Below the pieces are notes generated by a model that saw only the letters and a list, made by a program, of their open reading frames with translations, was not told the DNA's origin and did not search any database. The position numbers and the translations under genes were made by a program. A stretch of DNA of 63,655 nt, filler included, from Craspedostauros australis (Eukaryota): NCBI GenBank assembly GCA_030167865.1. It is 12 parts of 12 records of this genome, joined end to end, with 100 filler letters (N's around TTAATTAATTAA, not from the genome) between each part and the next. Parts side by side here need not be neighbours in the genome. Positions count along the whole stretch, not along the records: positions 7,994 to 19,452 come from JALAGF010004121.1; positions 19,553 to 25,922 come from JALAGF010004123.1; 10 more parts are not named here. One strand, written 5' to 3'. Below are positions 12,191-22,514 of the stretch, piece by piece (position 1 is the stretch's first letter; each line of letters starts with the position of its first letter).

Positions 12191-12743
12191 ACATGAAGCA
12201 GCCTCGGTCAGAAGCATCACACTAATAGTATGGTACTGCAGCATTACTGTTCGCAAATTCCAATACTCCTCCGTATTATCTCGCTTCTCTTCTGTGCGGG
12301 TACTCTACCTATCTCTCCAAAGATACGACACATCAGCATTGTGTAGACATCGCGCTTTCAGAGTTCACCCTCCATGCTCCCGTGGCTGTGACGTTGGATC
12401 ATGCCTCTCACTACTTATTCCGCAACTTTCTCGCATTGTACGGTGGATTACTTATTCCCAGCACGCGCGGCATTCGGCACCTGATCCTTTCCCTACAAAT
12501 ACATAATAACCGAGGCTACACTGATCCACGTTCAGTGCAGCGGAATAGATAGTGTTAGAATCCCCGTGCTCTTTCTCCGTCCCTGTTCTCTCTCTCTGAA
12601 GAATAGAGAATTGTGTCTGCAGTCTGGACACTATGCAATAATAATAATAACTCAGTGATTACATTAGGAATGTGCCTGTAGGCTTTACCCTCGCCGCCAC
12701 CGGCCCCTTAGGACCGTGCTTTGAGCGAGCTGTCGAATGCCTC

Positions 12744-15700
12744 CTATGAGCCCAGCCCTAGCCACGACGCCATTGCCTGCCTTTCAGCCTGCATTGTTCG
12801 TGACCGTCGCCGCGCTTTCACCGTCGCTTGTACGGCTATCATAGAATTCACCCACTGTCTCATCTGCTCTTCTGTGCCACTTTCGACGATACGACCTACA
12901 CGGAGTAGATGAAGCTCCGAATCGTTCATATCCTTGCTCGCGCTTTGAAGAAGGCGCTGGACCTGTCGCCGCAGATCCCGCATTGTCGGGTGGTTCTCTT
13001 CGTCATGTACTTTTGCATTGCGTGCCAACCACACTTCCCAAGGCACCTTCCATATCCATCGCACCACCTCTCTGGCCCACACCGCCGCGTCCGGGTATCG
13101 GCACTCGTGCGTTTTCATCCATAGCTCTTGTTGACGGATCCAGTCTGTGTGCAAAAATCCCAGCAGGAGCGGGTACCAACCAACGGTACTTTGGGCGTCC
13201 GATGATCGCGCGTTTCGTCTCCATTTCACCAGCCCCACTCTCATGTTGCTCACCAGGCGAGGAGACGTTCCGATCTCCAGCATACGGCCCACAAGGCCGT
13301 CCGTGGCTTCTTTCCATGCGCCCAAGTGTTCTGAGCACTTCAGTACGTGTTGAGTCGTCTCCTCCTGATTGCAGAACTTGCACTTGGATGAAGGCAGTTG
13401 CCCCGTCTGGAACAATTTCCGGTTGACTCCAACAAAACCCGATGACCATTTAGTGATGAACGTCGTGGAGCTTCGATTGGACTTGGACTTGCGCGCCAAT
13501 TTGTAGGTTTGCCAGTCGACCTGGCTCAGCTGAGTGGGGTTCCATTTGAACTTCGAAGACCAGTACTGCATTGCCGAATTGGACTGTAGTAGCTCGTTAA
13601 TGGCATCAGGATCCACATGGGAGTGATCACTGCCGCGAAGTCGTATGCGCCACCGAACGGTGTCAGTGGCCCACTGCGTGTTGTGGGGCCGTGATATGGT
13701 GGTTTCCCAAAATTGTTTGGCTCTCCGATCGACTTCCACGTTGAGCTGCTCGAGCAGAGTTAGCTTCTTCCCGGTGTCGTCTTGGTGGCCTTTGACCCAT
13801 TCCCATTTCAATGATGCCGGTATCTCATGTCTTAGCATCTGAATCTCCGTGAGAATGTCCCAATCCTTCTGACTGGGCCGCAGATCGTCCTTTTGCGCCT
13901 GCGTGAGCGCCTGTTTGCCGTCGAGCGCGATAGTAACAACCGCGCTAGGCATCAGCCCGGGCATAATGCTAAGCATGGCAAGCGATGCCCAAATCCCTGC
14001 CAGCTCACTGCGGTAAGCACTTTGGACGGTTGGGGGACCTGGGACAAACGTGTGGCAGTAGATGTATCGCTCGGACTCCGTGTCATAGGCTGTAGAGACC
14101 GATGTGCCGCGTTGGTCCTTGAATGACCCGTCGCTCACCATCACTAGAGTTCCCCGATTCGCTGCTCTGGCCGCTTCCTGAAGGGACATGGCTCCTCGCA
14201 TATCTTCGAACGGGAACGGAGCGTCAGCGGGCTCGTCTGGGACGCTTGAGAGACCAAGGTGCCCATTCCATTCGATACCCTGCTCCGTGACTACCACCGA
14301 GACGCGTTTGGCTCCCTCGGGGATTTCCGCGACGGCTCTTGTGCGGGTGTATTGCTGTCGCCGCGTGCGCCGCCAAGGATTCGGTAAGTATTGCAAGAAT
14401 GGAGAAACGGATATGTCAAAGATATCATCCTGATAGGGAGCTTTCCACCACCGCCAAGATCCGTCGTCGCGTAGCCATCTTCCAAGCGGATGATGTAGAA
14501 GAAGACCGTGAAAGCACAAGGACTTGCACCATCGTTGCCATTCTCTCCACCACCCACTCGGTAACCGTTTCGGCTGTCGCGCCCACGGCTGGGGCGTACT
14601 TGACTCAAAAGTTCCGTCAAGTACTCCTGGCACTATTCTGGTGCCGTCGGCTGACACAATATCCGAAAGTCGTAGGACTCCCAACTTCTGTCGTATCATG
14701 TTGAGATGATACAGCTGCGCCCCTTTCACTCTCTGGCGAATCCACAGGTCCATAAGGAAAGAGTCGCCTTCCCGCTGCGTTTCTCTCGACTCCGTCGTTT
14801 CGATCACCTCTATGCCGGTGCCGTGAAGCTGCCGCCATAGACCTGTGATCCAGCAACGGGTTGCGCAGTGACCGATAACTCCGAATGGATACTGAAACAA
14901 CGAGCCACCGATTCCGAGCTCCTCCTTCAGGGCCTGGATCGAGCACTTGAACATTGCGCCTGTTTGTGTTCCTCGGTGCACTTCGTCAAAGACAAGGCGG
15001 ATTTGCGCTATCAACTGGGAGTTGGCGGGATTCCTGATTCCCAACCCTCCGAGCGACTTTGTTCCGTACACCAAATCTCTCGGCATATTTCTAGAGCAAC
15101 CCATCTTGGGTAGCGCGGCCAACAAGGCCGGGGCCATTATGTATCTCCACTCACTCGGGGCAAGCTGAACGAGAGGCATGGCGTACTCGATGGACTTCAT
15201 GAACTGCAGTGTTAAGGCAGATCGGGCATCTTCCGGGGAAATCTGCGCCGTGCGCATCCTCCCTCCAAAATCCTCAGCCTTCTTCCGCATAGCTTGAACT
15301 TGCGAGTCACTGTCGCCGTCGAAGTCAATAAACACCCCCAGGGTGAACAAGGGTTGGTCCATCGCCCTTCGTGGGATGTCGGCGCTTCCTCCGTGGCCGT
15401 CGTCGATCCGTATGTCGGTACCGCCGTTGGCGTCGTGCCACTCCCATTTGTCTTTGTCGAACCGGGGTTGCATGGCCCACCATGCGGACTTCTCTGGCAC
15501 CAGAGCACCTCCAGTGACCCGTAACAAGTTCCCCCAGTCGAGTATGATGCGTTTGAATGCTTCCGTATCGGCTGAGTCCTTCCGGCGTCGCTCAAGTCTG
15601 ACCAGGTCAGTGTCGTCGACGAACGCCGAACCCAGGATGGGCAAGGCTTCACCGGATGGGCTTCTGAGAGAGAACGAGTGGCCCAACCTTGTCATGGCCT

Positions 15701-18269
15701 TGAACAGCACAGAGCTGATCACGGCCCATATTGCCGGACCCGCTCCGTTACCTTGACCTATGCCGTGCATGTCGCAGTCCGCTCCCTTCGTGTAATGCCG
15801 TTGGGAAACTCCGTACGCAGTACTGATGTGATGCTTGGCGTCTCGTAGCGTCTTGAACATGCTACGGGTGGCCGAGCTGTTGGCGCCTGCAGCTATCATG
15901 GCTGCGGCTGCGAAGTTGGGAACAATCCTGTCGTAGCAGGATTTCGCGTTGTTTGAACAGAATGAGACCGCCACCTTCCGTTGAAACCCTAAGTCGATAG
16001 AGAGACGCTTGTTGAGCGCGGCGCTCATGGCTGACCTCTGCTTGCGGCTCCCAAACTGATGCTCAGAAAGCCATCCGGCTGCCTCCGCTGTTGCCATCAT
16101 TTGTTTGCCCAGTCTCTTGTTGTTCAAATTGAACTGAGCGTCCATCAATTGGATGGTACGCATTTTCTCTATATTGAACACTTGCGCTTTTTTCAGTATT
16201 TCCACGTCGGTGATGCGTTGCCAGGGTGAGGGGGAGTGTCCAGTCTGGTAGGGGATCTCCCGCATGCGTGAATCGACTCGCGCCAGCGTCGAGGAAATCG
16301 CTGATGCCTTGTAGTGCCCAAAGTGGGGGCAGCTCGGCTCAGAGTTGGTCAGTTCAGTCTGCTTCTTCCATGCTTTTACATGATCTTCGACTGACAGCTC
16401 TGACACGTCTGGTGGCACCGGTTCCAACGACTCCAGCAAAACCTGTATCATTGGATCAATCGACTCTGGAATCTGGGCGCCGGCCTTTATCAGTTGGGGT
16501 GCCAGCTGTGGGCACCATATCCTGTCCATGAACTTCTTGCCTTCACCCGTCATGCATGGAGTACGGTTTGCTTGGGAGAATCGTTTCTTATTCTCTCGTA
16601 TACATGCAGTGACTATCTCGTGTTGATCGTTGCACTCATGTACCTGGCCACTGTCGTCTGTGAACAGCACCTTGGTAGTCATGGACTTGCCACTTCCGAA
16701 GACGGCACGCAGCCGTCGCGCTTGCTCTCGCTGTTTCTCTCGATTCAGCAGCAGATGCAATGCCGATTCGTATTCCTGCTCTTTTGCGTCGTGCCGTTGT
16801 CGTGCCAATTGTACCAGATAGTCCTGCCTTGCTCTGTCGTGATCCTTCTTTTGTGCGTAGTAGGTCCTGTATGCCTCTACGCGCATCTGCTGGGCGTGCT
16901 GGAGTGACGTACTTTCTGGGAGGGCCGTTTTTCGGCGGGTGCGCAGGCGTAGGGATGAACTCACTTTCACGCCGGCTTGTTGCTTCACCTCCAGGGTCCA
17001 ATGCTTGATCGCGTCACGTGAATGCTGTATTTCCGGGGACCATGATACGCAACCCATCTTAAGCTTTCGACAGCTTTTCTCCGCGGATCTGCGCATCTGG
17101 TGGATCTGATCCAGAAGCTTGTCGAACTGCGTTCGTTGTGTAATCGTCAGCGTCCATCCTTGTCGTTTCACCGTTGTCCACATCTTCTCCACTCGTTGGG
17201 GGATGTTGTGCCGGGCAAACTCTTCAAAGAGTGCATCATTGTATCTCTGGACTACTCGAGGGTCGCTCAGCACCAACCGTCGTGGGGATTTGGTCTTGAC
17301 TGGCCTGATTCCCGCGCCTAGGATCTGCGCGAAACTGACATCTGCCCAAATCGCTCGGTGGTCCGAAGGGATGGCGGCGCCAAAGGCAAGGTATCCCGCG
17401 CTCTCGATTTGTACCCCTTCAGAGGTGTATATCGCATCGATGGGTGTTCCTTCGCGATTCCGTTGTTGAGTGGCCTGTCTGGCCTCACTTCCCACCCGCG
17501 CTTCAACTGCATTCTTCATTCCGACAGCGTGTAGTTGCTGGGCGGTAGCGCTGTCCATCACATCGTCGTTGAGGTCAACGCCCATAATGATCGTGTCGCC
17601 TTGGGACCTCCATCTCCTCAGTTCTTCCAGTAGATCTTGTATCCATGCTTCGTGCGGGTTATCGACTCGTCCTTCTGCGTTCAACACTCTGGACTGTTGT
17701 GCCCAGACCGTGTTGTCGCCGCTGGTCGAGCGGCATGGACGGTAAGCCGCTATCGTCCTCAGCATCCTTCCTGCTTTGCCTTCCGATAGGGTCCAACACC
17801 ATCTTCCCATCCCGCTTTCGTCGACTCCGCTTTGGAATGTTCGGGCGGCCATCTGGGCGGTAAGCACCGTTCCTGCGCCTCCGTAAATCCTTGGGTCTCT
17901 TTTTGGTTCATGCGTGTTGTATGCGAACACGTGCTTTGACCTGGGTATTGGTGATCTGGCTCTTTCCGACCATTGATCTTGAGGCCGGACATGGTCCCAC
18001 CGAATGTTGGTTTCCGCCATGCAGAGCACGTCGAGTCCGCTCGTTTGGACGAATTCGAAGATCTCGTCGTTCTTCTGTTGATACGCGTGAATCGGGATCT
18101 GAGATGCATTCTGGAACACGATCCTTATCGTGTCCTGGGTTTTAGTCCCCATCGCATCCCCGCAAGCATCGTTTAGACTGCTCGCTATTGTGTTGGCTGT
18201 GGCAGACATCATGTCGTCGCTATTACTCGGTGGTACGGACTTTCGTGTCTGGCTGTTGCCGGTTGTCAT
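12744..18269 (-). CDS. Retrotransposon ORF2: AP endonuclease, reverse transcriptase, RNase H, CCHC zinc knuckle
   Basis: APE: FQNA, CMAETN, GVDLN, PIDAIY, SDHRAIW. RT: QFGSRK, SNNAKSCYDRI, GIGQGNGAGPAIW, AFVDDTD, TLGVF. RNase H: VSDGSFK, AYRSELAGI, ALDGKQA, WVKGHQD, NVEVDRRAK. Zinc knuckle: CKFCNQEETTQHVLKC. Confidence 0.96.
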   Translation of the reverse strand: MTTGNSQTRKSVPPSNSDDMMSATANTIASSLNDACGDAMGTKTQDTIRIVFQNASQIPIHAYQQKNDEIFEFVQTSGLDVLCMAETNIRWDHVRPQDQWSERARSPIPRSKHVFAYNTHEPKRDPRIYGGAGTVLTAQMAARTFQSGVDESGMGRWCWTLSEGKAGRMLRTIAAYRPCRSTSGDNTVWAQQSRVLNAEGRVDNPHEAWIQDLLEELRRWRSQGDTIIMGVDLNDDVMDSATAQQLHAVGMKNAVEARVGSEARQATQQRNREGTPIDAIYTSEGVQIESAGYLAFGAAIPSDHRAIWADVSFAQILGAGIRPVKTKSPRRLVLSDPRVVQRYNDALFEEFARHNIPQRVEKMWTTVKRQGWTLTITQRTQFDKLLDQIHQMRRSAEKSCRKLKMGCVSWSPEIQHSRDAIKHWTLEVKQQAGVKVSSSLRLRTRRKTALPESTSLQHAQQMRVEAYRTYYAQKKDHDRARQDYLVQLARQRHDAKEQEYESALHLLLNREKQREQARRLRAVFGSGKSMTTKVLFTDDSGQVHECNDQHEIVTACIRENKKRFSQANRTPCMTGEGKKFMDRIWCPQLAPQLIKAGAQIPESIDPMIQVLLESLEPVPPDVSELSVEDHVKAWKKQTELTNSEPSCPHFGHYKASAISSTLARVDSRMREIPYQTGHSPSPWQRITDVEILKKAQVFNIEKMRTIQLMDAQFNLNNKRLGKQMMATAEAAGWLSEHQFGSRKQRSAMSAALNKRLSIDLGFQRKVAVSFCSNNAKSCYDRIVPNFAAAAMIAAGANSSATRSMFKTLRDAKHHISTAYGVSQRHYTKGADCDMHGIGQGNGAGPAIWAVISSVLFKAMTRLGHSFSLRSPSGEALPILGSAFVDDTDLVRLERRRKDSADTEAFKRIILDWGNLLRVTGGALVPEKSAWWAMQPRFDKDKWEWHDANGGTDIRIDDGHGGSADIPRRAMDQPLFTLGVFIDFDGDSDSQVQAMRKKAEDFGGRMRTAQISPEDARSALTLQFMKSIEYAMPLVQLAPSEWRYIMAPALLAALPKMGCSRNMPRDLVYGTKSLGGLGIRNPANSQLIAQIRLVFDEVHRGTQTGAMFKCSIQALKEELGIGGSLFQYPFGVIGHCATRCWITGLWRQLHGTGIEVIETTESRETQREGDSFLMDLWIRQRVKGAQLYHLNMIRQKLGVLRLSDIVSADGTRIVPGVLDGTFESSTPQPWARQPKRLPSGWWREWQRWCKSLCFHGLLLHHPLGRWLRDDGSWRWWKAPYQDDIFDISVSPFLQYLPNPWRRTRRQQYTRTRAVAEIPEGAKRVSVVVTEQGIEWNGHLGLSSVPDEPADAPFPFEDMRGAMSLQEAARAANRGTLVMVSDGSFKDQRGTSVSTAYDTESERYIYCHTFVPGPPTVQSAYRSELAGIWASLAMLSIMPGLMPSAVVTIALDGKQALTQAQKDDLRPSQKDWDILTEIQMLRHEIPASLKWEWVKGHQDDTGKKLTLLEQLNVEVDRRAKQFWETTISRPHNTQWATDTVRWRIRLRGSDHSHVDPDAINELLQSNSAMQYWSSKFKWNPTQLSQVDWQTYKLARKSKSNRSSTTFITKWSSGFVGVNRKLFQTGQLPSSKCKFCNQEETTQHVLKCSEHLGAWKEATDGLVGRMLEIGTSPRLVSNMRVGLVKWRRNARSSDAQSTVGWYPLLLGFLHTDWIRQQELWMKTHECRYPDAAVWAREVVRWIWKVPWEVWLARNAKVHDEENHPTMRDLRRQVQRLLQSASKDMNDSELHLLRVGRIVESGTEEQMRQWVNSMIAVQATVKARRRSRTMQAERQAMASWLGLGS

Positions 18270-18459
18270 TGTTGTTGTTGTTCCACTATTTTAGTGGTGG
18301 TGCCTCTCTTCGCGGAGGGTTTTGTGTGGTCGGGTCTGGTACCCGTCGACTAGTGCTTGTTGTTCTTTCTTGTTGATTGCGTTGTTGTTGTGTTGTGTCT
18401 TTGCTGTTCGCGTCCTTTTCGCTGTTCGTGTGTTTTCCGATTCTCTCTTTCCTTTTTTT

Positions 18460-19452
18460 CTACTCCTGGCTTGGGGCGCCGGTGCCATCTGGTGAAATTG
18501 GATCTGTCTCCATAGGATCTTCTGTGTCCTCTCTGTGTGGAACGGTCTCCTCCCTTCCATCTTCTTCGGTAACACTCGAGTTGTCACCGCTGTCTTCGTC
18601 TTCTCTGGACTTTTGTCCCTTCATCTGGTCGCTCTCATCGGTGTCCGGGCTGTCTTCCTCCAGGATGGGGTCGTCGGGATTGAAATCGGTCTTGGCCGAT
18701 GGGTCCGTCGCGAACTGCTCTGGTCTGGCCGACTTGTGCCGCACCGTGTTGCCGATGGCAGAGGAGATGTGAGCGCTCTGTTGTGCCATTGTCGCGGTCG
18801 CGAATGTGGCGACTGTGCCGTTGTCCCCGTTTTGGGTTCTCGGGTTGGCTGTCATCTCAACTTCGAATTTCAGCAAGGGTACCGGCTTCATCTTCCCGTT
18901 TTCATCCACGTACCCCTCCCATCCGACGTCCTCTGCTGACAGCCCGATCATCTCGTCCTCGTCCAGGTCTAGGAAGTGTGCGCCGGCCTGCGCCAGCTGT
19001 CCCATTTCAAGTTCCTCCTTGCTTCTGACCAGCCCGGTTTCCCAGTCGACCTCGTAGTACTCATTCTGGGCCCAGGATTCCGGAGTGAACCATCCTCTGC
19101 ACTTGTGGTCGAGCTTCTTGCTGCAGAAGAACGGCAGTTTGGAGATCAGCTCTCTTGCTTCCACCTGTCTCTTGGGATGAAAGACGAAGAAGGTACGGTT
19201 GCGGTCAGACCGGTCTGTGTCGACCGAGACGAACAACGTGTAGTCAGGATCGTCAAATGATCTGAGGTTCATGATGACTTCTCGTAGGGTGAGCCTCCAG
19301 ATTGGTACCTCCACGTCCAGCTGCATGATGGAGTACACGCCCTGCGTCACCATTTTCTTTTCAAAGGCGACTTGGTGTGCTGCCATCGTGCTGAGATCTG
19401 CAAGTTCGGACGGCGGGTGATGAAAGCGTTGGTCCAGCGCATCTGGCATGAA
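18460..19452 (-). CDS. Retrotransposon ORF1 (C-terminal part), 5'-truncated
   Basis: 329-aa frame open from the contig edge, same strand and 190 nt upstream of ORF2. Globular segment (TLREVIMNLRSFDDPDYTLFVSVD) followed by an acidic disordered tail. Confidence 0.75.
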   Translation of the reverse strand, partial: FMPDALDQRFHHPPSELADLSTMAAHQVAFEKKMVTQGVYSIMQLDVEVPIWRLTLREVIMNLRSFDDPDYTLFVSVDTDRSDRNRTFFVFHPKRQVEARELISKLPFFCSKKLDHKCRGWFTPESWAQNEYYEVDWETGLVRSKEELEMGQLAQAGAHFLDLDEDEMIGLSAEDVGWEGYVDENGKMKPVPLLKFEVEMTANPRTQNGDNGTVATFATATMAQQSAHISSAIGNTVRHKSARPEQFATDPSAKTDFNPDDPILEEDSPDTDESDQMKGQKSREDEDSGDNSSVTEEDGREETVPHREDTEDPMETDPISPDGTGAPSQE

Positions 19453-19686
19453 NNNNNNNNNNNNNNNNNNNNNNNNNNNNNNNNNNNNNNNNNNNNTTAA
19501 TTAATTAANNNNNNNNNNNNNNNNNNNNNNNNNNNNNNNNNNNNNNNNNNNNTCGAGCACATCAGCAACTGACATCGAATTGCCACTCATATTCATCACA
19601 CAGTGCATGATACTCGTACGGATACAAGCCAGTACAGACACTGCCATCGGTAGCTCATACCACACACTTGCTCGACAGCCAATCCA

Positions 19687-22368
19687 ATGCCAATAATCCA
19701 ACGTCAATCACCCAACAACCATCGTCCAGCAACTATCGACTATCCTCTCCAAATGCCGAATGTTACAAACGAACAACTCGTTGATGCTGCCAAGGCAGGT
19801 GACTTGTCAGTGTTGAAGGAATGGAAGGAGCAGAACAAGACGCAGAATGAAGGAGTTGATGTCAACTGCAAAAGCGGCAGTGGTATCACTCTCCTTCATT
19901 GGGCATGCCTTCACGGCCACCTGGAGTGTGTCAAGTACCTCATCGAATCATGTGGGGCCGACGCCAACTGCAAAGACAACAATGGAACCATTCCCCTTCA
20001 TGACGCATGCGCTACCGGCCACCTGGAATGTGTCAAGTACCTCATCGAATCATGTGAGGCGGACATCAACTGCAAAAACAACGACGGTCTCACTCCCCTT
20101 CATGTGGCATGCAAAAACGGCCAGCTGGAATGTGTGAAGCACCTCATCGAGTCATGTGAGGCAGACATCAACTGCAAAGACAACGATGGCGTCACTCCCC
20201 TCCATCGGGCATGCCAAAATGGCCGGCTGGAGTGTGTGAAGTGCCTCATCCAATCATGCGGAGCTGACGCCAACTGTGAAGACAAGTTTGGTGGCACTCC
20301 CGTTCATCATGCATGCATCACTGGCCAGCTGGAATGTGTGAAGTACCTCATCAAATCATGCAGGGCCAACGTCAACTGCAAAACCAACAAGGGCACCACT
20401 CCCCTTCAGCATGCATGCCTCGCTGGCCAACTGGGGTGTGTGAAGTACCTCATCGAATCATGCAGGGCTGACATCAACTGCAAAGACAGGTTTCATAACA
20501 CTCTCCTTCATCTCGCATGCCGCAACGGCCAGCTGGAGTGTGTGAAGTACCTCATCCAATCACACGGGGTCAACGTCAACCTCCAAAACTTGTTAGGTGC
20601 CACTCCCCTTCATCAAGCATGCATGAACGACCAGCTGGAGTGCATCGAGTACCTCATCGCATCAGCCAATGCCGATATCGACATCCAAGACAGTGACAAC
20701 AAAACCCCTCTCGATGTGATCCGTACAATCGATCAACTCAATGTGGTGAAGTCAATCATCGCTGATCGCAGTCACCGCAACCAGCAACAGCAACAGCAGT
20801 TGAAAGAGAACAAGCAGGAGAACGAGCAACTGAAGTGGCAGTTGAAACGGCAGAAGGAAGCAATGCAGGGCATGCTCTCGAACAGTCAACGAGAGAACGA
20901 ACAACTGAAACGGCAGGTAGAATGGGAGGGGCAAGAGAAGAAAAAGAAGGACCAGGAGAGCGAACAACTGAAACAGCAGTTAGAACGGGAGGGGCAAGAG
21001 AAGAATAAGAAGGAGCAGGAGAACAAGCAACTGAAACAGCAGTTGAAACAGCAGAAGGAAGCAATGCGGGGCATGCTCTCGAAAAGTCAGCGAGAGAACG
21101 AACAACTGAAGCTGGAGTTGGGACAGCAGAAGGAAGAAATGCAGCGCATGCTCTCGAAAAGTCAACGAGAGAGCGGACAACTGAAACGGCAGTTGGAACG
21201 GGAGGGACAAGAAAAGAACAAGAAGGACCAGGAGAACAAGCAACTGAAATGGCAGATGAAACAGCAGTCGAAACAGCAATCGAAACAGCAGAAGGAGGCA
21301 ATGCAGGGCATGGTCTCGAAAACTCGACGGGAGAACGAACAGCTGAAACAGCAGTTGGAACGGGAGGGGCAAGAGAAGACCCAGAAGGAGCAAGAGAATG
21401 AACAACTGAAACAGCAGTTGGAACGGAAGGAGGAAGAGAAGACCCAGAAGGAGCAGGAGAACGAACAATTGAAACAGCAATTGGAACGGAAGGAGGAATC
21501 AATGCAGCGCTTGCTCTCGAAAAGTCAACAGGAGAGCGAACAACTGAAACTGAAGTTGAAACAACACCTCAAGATCAGCATCGACCAAGATCGTCGCACT
21601 GCTGTTCGTGCCGAGGCCATCGCAGACATTGCCTTCCTGTGCGGACAAGGGGACGACCAACAATCAATCAAGGCAAACTCTGCACTCCTCATGATCACCG
21701 TCCCATCTATTCAGACATTGATCAACTCCGGAATCCAACATCAATGTGCTCACAATGGTGCTCAAGATGGAACTGATCCCATCCAAACGACCATCCCTCT
21801 TCCCAACCTTCAACCAAAACACGTCCAACACGTCCTCCAATGCATCTACACAGGTGAGATGTCCTTCGACAACAGCGCTCATGAAGACAACGCTAATGCC
21901 GGTGACGCAAACCAACCAACTCCCACCCTCAATGGACAGGACGATCTGCAACAGCTGATCCTTGTGGCCAACGAATTCGGCTTCTGGCGACTCAAGCTTG
22001 TTGTCGAAGCAGAGTTGGCCCGCAAATATCTCACAGAGGACAGCATGATAGATGCGTTGATATTCGCCGATCAACACAACTGCATGGTGTTGAAGGATGC
22101 AGCAATGAGAATGGCAGTTGGATATGAACAAAATCCGCTCACTCATCCAGATTTCAGCAAGCTGATCCTACAGCCCCAACTGATCATGGAGATCAAGGTG
22201 CTTTGCAGTGGGGAAGCAGAGAGCGATGACATTGATGATGAGTACAGCTGTATGTCCATGATGGAGCTGTACAAGGTTGTCAATGAGGATGAGGGTGCAG
22301 CACAAGTGGATTCATACATGGACCGGGCGACACTCGTGGACCTTGTCCGCTCAATGAGAACCAATTGA
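19687..22368 (+). CDS. Ankyrin-repeat / coiled-coil / BTB(POZ) domain protein
   Basis: 8 full 34-aa ANK repeats, ~260 aa of ENEQLKQQLE-type coiled-coil repeats, then BTB-like ADIAFLC...IKANSALL...VLQCIYTG...LILVANEFGFWRLKLVVEAEL and BACK-like ALIFADQHNCMVLKDAAM. The start may be ATG 19753. Confidence 0.88.
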   Translation: MPIIQRQSPNNHRPATIDYPLQMPNVTNEQLVDAAKAGDLSVLKEWKEQNKTQNEGVDVNCKSGSGITLLHWACLHGHLECVKYLIESCGADANCKDNNGTIPLHDACATGHLECVKYLIESCEADINCKNNDGLTPLHVACKNGQLECVKHLIESCEADINCKDNDGVTPLHRACQNGRLECVKCLIQSCGADANCEDKFGGTPVHHACITGQLECVKYLIKSCRANVNCKTNKGTTPLQHACLAGQLGCVKYLIESCRADINCKDRFHNTLLHLACRNGQLECVKYLIQSHGVNVNLQNLLGATPLHQACMNDQLECIEYLIASANADIDIQDSDNKTPLDVIRTIDQLNVVKSIIADRSHRNQQQQQQLKENKQENEQLKWQLKRQKEAMQGMLSNSQRENEQLKRQVEWEGQEKKKKDQESEQLKQQLEREGQEKNKKEQENKQLKQQLKQQKEAMRGMLSKSQRENEQLKLELGQQKEEMQRMLSKSQRESGQLKRQLEREGQEKNKKDQENKQLKWQMKQQSKQQSKQQKEAMQGMVSKTRRENEQLKQQLEREGQEKTQKEQENEQLKQQLERKEEEKTQKEQENEQLKQQLERKEESMQRLLSKSQQESEQLKLKLKQHLKISIDQDRRTAVRAEAIADIAFLCGQGDDQQSIKANSALLMITVPSIQTLINSGIQHQCAHNGAQDGTDPIQTTIPLPNLQPKHVQHVLQCIYTGEMSFDNSAHEDNANAGDANQPTPTLNGQDDLQQLILVANEFGFWRLKLVVEAELARKYLTEDSMIDALIFADQHNCMVLKDAAMRMAVGYEQNPLTHPDFSKLILQPQLIMEIKVLCSGEAESDDIDDEYSCMSMMELYKVVNEDEGAAQVDSYMDRATLVDLVRSMRTN

Positions 22369-22514
22369 TCCAATGGGATTGAGGCGAATGGCACTGCTGA
22401 GGAAGAGGAGTGAAGTGCCATACCATAGTCGTACCATACTATCACAATAGTCTTCGAGAAGTGAACGCACAACGGAATTGAGTTGATGGATAAAAATAGT
22501 CGTCAGAATAGTCA

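Larger units (their letters stand above)
12637..19452 (-). mobile_element. Non-LTR retrotransposon, two-ORF APE-RT-RNaseH type (resembles diatom Ambal clade); 5' end cut by contig end, 3' boundary tentative
   Basis: Partial ORF1 plus an 1841-aa ORF2. A (TTA)n tract at 12637-12650 (minus strand), ~95 nt past the ORF2 stop, is a candidate tail. The clade call is from domain order and motif style only. Confidence 0.9.
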
